DNA from: Candidatus Obscuribacterales bacterium
Lineage (GTDB): Bacteria; Cyanobacteriota; Vampirovibrionia; Obscuribacterales; Obscuribacteraceae
Reading direction: 5' to 3'
Length of the DNA stretch: 64,000 bases
NCBI GenBank assembly: GCA_965228855.1
Contig: CBDDIJ010000005.1
Coordinates: 704,001-768,000 of the forward strand
Shown here: one piece after another, positions 58,301 to 64,000 of the stretch
Layout of the letters: each line of letters starts with the position of its first letter
Position numbering within the stretch: position 1 is the first letter of the stretch
Translations under genes and position numbers: made by a program
The notes under the pieces: model-generated
What the model saw: the letters and a program-made list of their open reading frames with translations, nothing else
What the model was told of the DNA's origin: nothing
The model's database searches: none

Positions 58301-59319
58301 AACCGGACCAACACTACGGAAAGAAAGCGGCTCGTTATCTCTGGAACTTGCAGCATCTCAAAGACGCGGATAACGGCACGATGTCCAAAGATTTGAAAGA
58401 GGCAATTGAAAGCGGTTTAGAAATGGCCGCGGATACAACCAGGGCGTATGGAATCAACTGGCCGCCATCTGAATTCACTTCGTGCGAAGACGCCTATGGC
58501 GCAATCACTTTCGACAAAGGCGATGTCGCAGTCCGGGCGCTGAAGTACGTCGAAGAGACGCTCAAAAAAGGTCAAGTTCCAATTGAAAACAATCCGTGGT
58601 TTGGCTACAACGTTTTTAAACGAGCGGAATCGTCATATGCTGCCGCGGTATTGCTCAACAGCCGAAACTCCGCCCATTTAAAAACTGCTCTAGGGCTGGC
58701 TAATGAGGTAATCAGTCAGTTAAACGATGAGGGGCGATTATATTCAACTTACGATTCTGTAGCTGCGATTGCCCTGATGAAGGAGCTGGATAAATGCGGT
58801 ATCACTGGCGGTGACGCACAAAACGCGAAATTCGAATTCAATGGAGAAGTCCGCTCACGAGCGGAAGCGTTGAGTACGCCCGAGAAGCTCACCACACTCA
58901 AAGTTTTACAAGGCGTCGCCACTGTCATGGTTGACACGATGGTCGAAGAAGACTGGACGAAATTTGCATCGGATGTTCCTCTTCGGGTGAGCTTAGAAAA
59001 GGGAGGACAACACGGTCGCAAATACAAAGCTGGAGACTCGTTCGACCTGATTGTCGCACTGGAAGAAGGCTATAAGATGGGAGACCTGCTCTGGGTTGCA
59101 CTGCCCGACGCAGTTTCAAGAGTGGTGGGCGGCGGACAGGTGAAACTGTTTTCGATCGACTTTGCAGGTCAATCGGAGGTCAGAATTTCACTAGCCGCCA
59201 CTGGCGTCACAGAAGTCGCCGGTAACAAAACCCAGAGCATCGCAGTATGCGTCCGAAATATGTTCATCGAGGAACGCGTTGGAAACCCCGGTCTAATTCA
59301 GGTTACTGTGACTAGATAA
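55387..59319 (+). CDS. Alpha-2-macroglobulin-like thioester protein with inserted TPR module
   Basis: SDKSLYR MG-type motif; DPEVVF...IKLPDTFADYIVECFAV; YAHCCCEQT (CxEQ thioester); AAGGAG RBS before ATG 55387. Confidence 0.75.
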   Translation: MNTNRFRLSRPEESKNLNDKNVLIGDAFAFLDENALKSSSMRWLFKLMGKKPSGKPQIVSLAGPESVELFGYTIEPLSVKPLLLQCIVSDKSLYRSEKDTINLLVLKPLAPNSSTEVIVNSSGNPFSKHTVELGQNGEGMLTLTDLPVGEYTVQFETIAQVACEFIVAEYRLAPLVSSLVESRVLDNSKLNVTLQVESFGVPINEQVRLSLMDRTMLIAMESRTAVDGKVEATFELTGEGPHSIYVQIPSDPSKTATVPLRGSRESERKTTLFSPLGTEVVGSLLPIGNSEAVRGIYFAEGAIKTSPISLAQVDSDQIHLNINCAASLLKVVVVDPTFPRANEDAVDVEQVGHPSGDAVYKTAEAMFKSGNFLGAAETFWQRRAELANPHPYFAYYTACSYARAGQRDEAVQALRQSFMDGWREMQHLEEDEDLSSLRGFPPFEHLLTGGLREFTFEDLEAGRKISLEAFAPSSLVLLGAYIDGKAWEGWATVVVPSTVSTEITLPELCPPGKDITIEFSAGKATSIYAIVKDARLISADTPELKLAGALKTFIELEGKEKKVGEVKTSLRQKYQESAPPRYALMARAAMGGMSTGSWGALPLAAPGSAYGGGVPDAVGTSSAENEGALRFRSEARWDTPIQERGEQTISARFGMAQSPDIAAHQMQDSNMDMVFDHVMTADVEGESGSAVCQTTNSSKAKTEDKTKSITMLQDDPEVVFAGFVKVDGGIGHLTIKLPDTFADYIVECFAVEGLDWASKETSFRAAKDPFVKLTTPVFTRKEEPAQAFVHVGSAKKVKLKVLLNGEQIELFEDENKPFTGEISGAPTAFSFSALPGAYEAILEDASGEIVANDMKNVDEPGKLKRLVRTIQILQSGESVALADDSKRRALTLMPGIETSFKALVEATADYAHCCCEQTAAKILSGCAMYIFSGGDDNRRKTAESVILAGIRREQKMWLKGRGFKAYPERFNEPDQHYGKKAARYLWNLQHLKDADNGTMSKDLKEAIESGLEMAADTTRAYGINWPPSEFTSCEDAYGAITFDKGDVAVRALKYVEETLKKGQVPIENNPWFGYNVFKRAESSYAAAVLLNSRNSAHLKTALGLANEVISQLNDEGRLYSTYDSVAAIALMKELDKCGITGGDAQNAKFEFNGEVRSRAEALSTPEKLTTLKVLQGVATVMVDTMVEEDWTKFASDVPLRVSLEKGGQHGRKYKAGDSFDLIVALEEGYKMGDLLWVALPDAVSRVVGGGQVKLFSIDFAGQSEVRISLAATGVTEVAGNKTQSIAVCVRNMFIEERVGNPGLIQVTVTR

Positions 59320-59383
59320 AATCGGTAACAAAGTTAGCGATCGATCGAGCCAACTTAGATGAAACCGCATTTTGATTCCGCGT

Positions 59384-60811
59384 TCAGGCTTTCGGAGCGA
59401 CTGCCAGAACGAGTTGGAACTCGACCTTGTCCGAGTTGACCGCCGGAGTCGGCAGGTCCGCGAGGCGTAGTTCGATGCCTTTCAATTCGATTTTGTCTTC
59501 TTGCGGAGTTGAGGACATATTCCAGGAGACTTTGTTACCTGGCGTGATTTCGCACTTCACATTGATTGTGCGACTGTCACTAGCCTTACGGTCAACAAAG
59601 TAACCGAGAATGGTGTATTGGACGGCTTCGATGTACTGGCGAAGAACCGCAGGGCTTGCGACTTTTCCAATCACGTCGTGGTCGGTAGTCACTTCGACAT
59701 TCTCGATCTTGGCGCAGCTATCCGGAAGCTCGACTTTTGGCAATTCGGTCAGCATAGCTCCAATTCCGGCAGTCGCAGCGACTTCCGGTTGATACCATTC
59801 GATTGAGATGGTGCCGCCCGCCGGCGTTGCGACTTTGACTTCAGAGCCGGTCATCAATGCCTTGCGCATCTTCAACCAGTCCGGTGTTGCAAGGCTGAGA
59901 AGAAATGAGTCTTCGACGACTTGAGCGTTGCTCTCGTCTTGCTCCGGGAAGAACAGTACCGAGCAACCGCAAACTTTCGAGCCGTCGCTACCAGGAGGCG
60001 TGATCGCCGATGGTCCATTCTCCATGGTGGCTTGCCAGACGAGCAGAGCGTTGGCATCCGGGTCCAGTTCGCCGGACACTACCAGCGGTGCCTCTTCCGG
60101 AATCTGTTGAAGTAGTTCGTTCAGACCTTCTTCAAGACCGTTCGGACACTTGATACTGAGTGTGGTGCCGGCCAGTTGAACGCGCACGCCAGGGATGGCA
60201 AACTGCGGAACTTTCGCCAGAATGCTCTGCTCCATAGCCGCTTTCATGTCTTCATTGATGCAGGAATTTCTGCTCCGATCGACCCATGGCGGGCACGGGA
60301 AATGACTGAATGTATAGCCAAGCAAAGCCAGAACGCGGGTGAGACCGAAGCGTCTTGCAATCTCCAACTCATCTTCGGTAAGCAGCACACAACTGAGAAC
60401 GCTGTTTGGCTCTTCCATACCTGCAATTCCGAGCGGTCTCAAATATGCCATCGCTCGAAACTTCGAATCGATGAATCCGGACTCACCAAATTCGGTGACA
60501 TCGCCTTCCGTTACGAAACTGCCTTGTTCGGCATACTGCCTTACTGTGAGAAACAGACCCAACGGATCCATCGGATATTCATGAATCTCTTCGCCGGGAT
60601 TTTGTCTGATCAAAATCGCCAACTCTTTTTGACCCAGACGATTTAGGCCCTCACTCACATAAGACCAGCAAGAGAATGAATTAGCTCCTTGCTGCATATC
60701 GTGCAAATTCACGATCGCGTACAGCTCGTCCGGTACGATCTCGAATCGCACTGGTGGAGCAGGTTGCTGCTGCCCCAACTGCAAAACATTCTCTTCTTGT
60801 GACATCATCAA
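59384..60811 (-). CDS. SARA/endofin C-terminal domain (DUF3480-like) protein
   Basis: WSYVSEGL..LGQKEL.ILI, RVLALLG....FPCP, ANALLVW, KVCGCS.LF and VVEDS motifs; AGGGAG RBS. Confidence 0.7.
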   Translation of the reverse strand: MMMSQEENVLQLGQQQPAPPVRFEIVPDELYAIVNLHDMQQGANSFSCWSYVSEGLNRLGQKELAILIRQNPGEEIHEYPMDPLGLFLTVRQYAEQGSFVTEGDVTEFGESGFIDSKFRAMAYLRPLGIAGMEEPNSVLSCVLLTEDELEIARRFGLTRVLALLGYTFSHFPCPPWVDRSRNSCINEDMKAAMEQSILAKVPQFAIPGVRVQLAGTTLSIKCPNGLEEGLNELLQQIPEEAPLVVSGELDPDANALLVWQATMENGPSAITPPGSDGSKVCGCSVLFFPEQDESNAQVVEDSFLLSLATPDWLKMRKALMTGSEVKVATPAGGTISIEWYQPEVAATAGIGAMLTELPKVELPDSCAKIENVEVTTDHDVIGKVASPAVLRQYIEAVQYTILGYFVDRKASDSRTINVKCEITPGNKVSWNMSSTPQEDKIELKGIELRLADLPTPAVNSDKVEFQLVLAVAPKA

Positions 60812-60835
60812 TTCGATTCTCCCTAATAAGTAGAA

Positions 60836-60868
60836 GAGAGCGCCGCTCTAAATTAAAGCAGCGCTCTC
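60836..60868 (-). terminator. Probable intrinsic terminator after the acyl-CoA dehydrogenase gene
   Basis: Minus strand GAGAGCGCTGCT-loop-AGCGGCGCTCTC followed by TTCTACTTATT. Confidence 0.65.
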
Positions 60869-60883
60869 GTTTCAGATCAGTTC

Positions 60884-62080
60884 TTAAACAACTGCTGCCA
60901 GTGCAGTTGGTTTGCCGCTGGGCTGACCGTTTGCGTAACGGATGCCGAGTGCGTCCTGAGCGATGATCATACGTTGAACTTCACGAGTTCCTTCGTAGAT
61001 GTTCAATACTTTCGCATCGCGGAAGTAGCGCTCAACCGGGTATTCATCAGAGTATCCGTAGCCGCCGAAGATTTGAACGGCATTGTGACCGGCTTTGTTA
61101 GCAGCTTCGCCGCAGAACAGTTTTGCCAGGGAAGTCTCGAGCGTGTTTCTGACGCCTTTGTTCTTCAAGTGACCGGCTCTGAGGTAGAGCAAACGACCTG
61201 CTTCACAGTCAGCGACCATGTCGGCGATCATAGCTTGTACTTGTTGGTGCTCGCCAATCGGTTTGCCGAAGGTCTTTCTGACCATCGAGTACTCGGTGCA
61301 AGCATCGATACAACCTTGAACCAAACCGACAGCGCCGGCAGCTACTGAGTATCTTCCATTATCGAGAGCCGACATAGCGACCTTGAAGCCGTTGCCGAGT
61401 CCACCGAGGATGTTCTCTTCGGGAACACGAACTTCATCGAGGAAGAGGCTGGCGGTATCAGAAGCGCGCAGACCAAGTTTGCCTTTGATGGCGGCGGCGG
61501 TGAAGCCTTTGGACTTAGTGTCTACGATGAAGCAGGTGATGCCTTTGTGACCAAGTTTGGGATCAACGGTAGCAAACACGAGCGCATGGCTTGCGATCGT
61601 TCCGCACGAGATCCACGTTTTCTGACCGGAGAGGATGTAGTCGCTTCCGTCTTTTACAGCGCGGGTCTGTTGATTAGCAGCATCTGAGCCCGCTTCAGGC
61701 TCGGTCAAGCCGTAGCAACCGATGAATTCGCCGTTGCAGAGTTTAGGGAGAAGAGCTTGCTTTTGCTCTTCGGTTCCCCATCTCAGAATAGTGAGGGCGA
61801 CGAGAGATGTTTGAACCGAGAACAGTGTGCGAGTCGATGAGCAGACGCGGTTTACTTCTTCAGTCATCAAACCGTATGCGATGTAATCCTGACCCAGTCC
61901 GCCGTATTGCTCGGGAATCGGGCAACCGAGGAAACCTTCAGCGAAAATCTTTTTGGCGATGTCCCAGTCGAATTTGCATTCGCGGTCGTTCATCTGTGCT
62001 TTCGGAGCGATCTCGCGCTCTGCGAACTCTCTCATGTGCTTGCGGATTGCATTTTGCTCCGGCGTGAATTCGAAATCCAT
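60884..62080 (-). CDS. Acyl-CoA dehydrogenase
   Basis: IPEQYGG, GLTEPEAGSD, G.KTWIS, KLGLRAS, FGGYGY, RDAK...IYEGT. Confidence 0.95.
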   Translation of the reverse strand: MDFEFTPEQNAIRKHMREFAEREIAPKAQMNDRECKFDWDIAKKIFAEGFLGCPIPEQYGGLGQDYIAYGLMTEEVNRVCSSTRTLFSVQTSLVALTILRWGTEEQKQALLPKLCNGEFIGCYGLTEPEAGSDAANQQTRAVKDGSDYILSGQKTWISCGTIASHALVFATVDPKLGHKGITCFIVDTKSKGFTAAAIKGKLGLRASDTASLFLDEVRVPEENILGGLGNGFKVAMSALDNGRYSVAAGAVGLVQGCIDACTEYSMVRKTFGKPIGEHQQVQAMIADMVADCEAGRLLYLRAGHLKNKGVRNTLETSLAKLFCGEAANKAGHNAVQIFGGYGYSDEYPVERYFRDAKVLNIYEGTREVQRMIIAQDALGIRYANGQPSGKPTALAAVV

Positions 62081-62124
62081 TGTGGTTTAAATCCTCTTAC
62101 GTTAAACTGCCTGACGATTAACAT

Positions 62125-62151
62125 GACACCGGATGCGGTGCATCCGGTGTC
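62125..62151. repeat. Perfect 12-bp inverted repeat between operon genes
   Basis: GACACCGGATGC-GGT-GCATCCGGTGTC. Confidence 0.85.
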
Positions 62152-62159
62152 TCACAAAA

Positions 62160-63677
62160 CTATTGATTGCCTTCGTAGTTATCGATTTGCGCTCTTTGCA
62201 GAGAGCCCGAGTAATCTACGTAGACAGATTTCCATTCGGTGAACTGGTCGATTGCGGTCGTGCCAGCCTCGCGGTGTCCGTTACCGGTTTGCTTAACGCC
62301 GCCGAAAGGAAGCTGAATTTCAGCACCGATGGTCGGAGCGTTGATATAGACGATACCGGATTCGAGTTCTTCAATGGCTTGGAAAGCGCGGTTAACGTCT
62401 TTCGTATACATCGAGAGCGACAAACCATATTCGGTGCCGTTTGCAACTTCAATGGCTTCGTCGAAGTCGGCAACCGGAATGATCGCGGTAACTGGTCCGA
62501 AGATTTCTTCTTGAGCGATACGCATCGACGCTTTGACATCGCCGAAGATAGTGGGCTCGTGGAAACAACCTTTTGCCAGCTCGCCTTCCGTCAAGATGTT
62601 GCCGCCAAACAAAAGTTTGGCGCCTTCGTTTTTACCGATCTCAACGTACTCGTGAACGCTTTCCAATTGGCTCTTCGAGACGACTGGACCGACATCGATT
62701 TTCGGGTCGAGACCATCGCCAATCTTGAGAGCTTTAGCGCGCTCAACGAATTTCTTGGAGAATTCCTCGTAGACCTTTTTGTGAACGATGATTCTCGAGG
62801 TAGCGGTGCAACGCTGACCCGCAGTACCGAAGGAGCCCCAGAGAGCGCCATCGACAGCCAGGTCGATATCAGCATCTTCCATCACGCAGATCGCGTTCTT
62901 TCCACCCAGTTCGCAGGTGATGCGCTTCATCAGTTCGCCGCAACGTCCAGCGATCTTGCGACCGGTGAAAGAAGAACCGGTAACCGAGATGCAGCCTACA
63001 CGCGGATCTTCGACGAGCGGCATGCCGACTTCGCTGCCGCTTCCGGTAACGAGGTTGACGACGCCAGGAGGAAGACCGGCTTCGTTGAGGATCTCAACAA
63101 ATTGAGTAGCCACCAGCGGTGTGTCCGAAGCGGGCTTGAAAACGATGGTGTTACCTGCAACGAGAGCGGGAAGCATTTTCCAGCTCGGAATCGCCACAGG
63201 AAAGTTCCAAGGCGTGATTACGCCAACGACGCCGATCGGAACTCGGATTGCCATGGCGAATTTGTTGCGGAGTTCGGACGGTACTGTCATACCAAGCAAA
63301 CGGCGACCTTCACCGGCTGCGTACTTTGCCATGTCGATCGCTTCTTGCACATCGCCACGAGCTTCTTTGATGACCTTGCCCATCTCGCGAACCATATTGC
63401 GAGCGAGCTCTTCTTTTCTCGATTCAAGAATGTGTGCAGCCTTCAAAATGATTTCAGCGCGTTCCGGAGCGGGTGTTTTCTTCCATGATGGAAACGCTCT
63501 GTGCGCCGCTTCGACAGCAGCTTTCAAATCTTTCTCGCTGGATTGCGGGAAGTAGCCGACAACCTCTTCGGTGTTAGCCGGGTTGTAGGATGCGAAGGTT
63601 CTGCCGGTTTCCGACTTAACCCATTTGCCGTCGATGTAATTGTGATACGTGGTGGCCTTTTCAATAGTTTTGGTCAT
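62160..63677 (-). CDS. Aldehyde dehydrogenase
   Basis: [44 protein letters not shown]. Confidence 0.95.
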   Translation of the reverse strand: MTKTIEKATTYHNYIDGKWVKSETGRTFASYNPANTEEVVGYFPQSSEKDLKAAVEAAHRAFPSWKKTPAPERAEIILKAAHILESRKEELARNMVREMGKVIKEARGDVQEAIDMAKYAAGEGRRLLGMTVPSELRNKFAMAIRVPIGVVGVITPWNFPVAIPSWKMLPALVAGNTIVFKPASDTPLVATQFVEILNEAGLPPGVVNLVTGSGSEVGMPLVEDPRVGCISVTGSSFTGRKIAGRCGELMKRITCELGGKNAICVMEDADIDLAVDGALWGSFGTAGQRCTATSRIIVHKKVYEEFSKKFVERAKALKIGDGLDPKIDVGPVVSKSQLESVHEYVEIGKNEGAKLLFGGNILTEGELAKGCFHEPTIFGDVKASMRIAQEEIFGPVTAIIPVADFDEAIEVANGTEYGLSLSMYTKDVNRAFQAIEELESGIVYINAPTIGAEIQLPFGGVKQTGNGHREAGTTAIDQFTEWKSVYVDYSGSLQRAQIDNYEGNQ

Positions 63678-63716
63678 GCTTAATACTCCACTGCACTCTG
63701 TGCATAAGTCGCTGAA

Positions 63717-64000
63717 TTATTTTTCGGATACTGCGTTTTCGATGATCTTCAAAGCTTCGTCGATTTCGTTGTCGGAAGCATTCAATGGCGGAATCAATCT
63801 GATCACGTGACCTTTGTAGCCACAAGTCAGAACCAGAAGTTTGTTCTCGAAGCAACGTTTTGCTACCTTCTCAGACCAGTCTTTGCCGGGATGACCGTGC
63901 TCGTCATTGAACTCGATTCCGATCATCATGCCGCGACCGCGAACATCGCCAATTTGTTTGTGAGTTTCGGCGAGCTTCTTGAGACGGTTCATGATATCCG
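63717..64000 (-). CDS. Class III PLP-dependent aminotransferase, 3' part only (5' part lies outside the window)
   Basis: IGDVRGRGMMIGIEF, LLVLTCG, VIRLIPPL; frame stays open to the window edge. Confidence 0.88.
   Translation of the reverse strand, partial: DIMNRLKKLAETHKQIGDVRGRGMMIGIEFNDEHGHPGKDWSEKVAKRCFENKLLVLTCGYKGHVIRLIPPLNASDNEIDEALKIIENAVSEK

Noticed and set aside
62133..63488. 451-aa + strand ORF antisense to the aldehyde dehydrogenase
   Set aside because: Shadow ORF in register with a strongly codon-biased conserved gene; no motifs

Overview
This is a gene-dense bacterial chromosomal window with no rRNA, tRNA, CRISPR array, transposase or prophage that I can support. The gene content suggests a non-photosynthetic cyanobacterial relative (Melainabacteria/Vampirovibrionia, Obscuribacterales-like); this is an inference from the many TPR proteins, the membrane Ser/Thr kinases with LRR ectodomains, the orphan DUF6088 gene and the rimP-nusA-ylxR-infB-rbfA-truB block. 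The housekeeping core also includes ybeY, a DAGK-family kinase, HU, mnmE, thrS, upp, dxr and an IscS/NifS desulfurase. Accessory content includes an Ada-AlkA/Ogt repair pair, a methyltransferase-oxidoreductase-type III PKS cluster and an aminotransferase-ALDH-acyl-CoA dehydrogenase operon. The most unusual elements are: (1) a 475-aa protein that aligns motif by motif with the C-terminal domain of animal SARA/endofin; (2) a convergent neighbour encoding a signal-peptide-less alpha-2-macroglobulin-like thioester protein (CCCEQ) with a TPR insertion; (3) a coupled pentapeptide-repeat pseudokinase and LRR kinase; and (4) a divergent sce7726 nuclease / DUF6088 (AbiEi-like) pair separated by ~51-bp palindromic repeats. 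All family calls come from recognising motifs by eye; no database searches were run. Several start codons were moved from the ORF track to better-supported starts.
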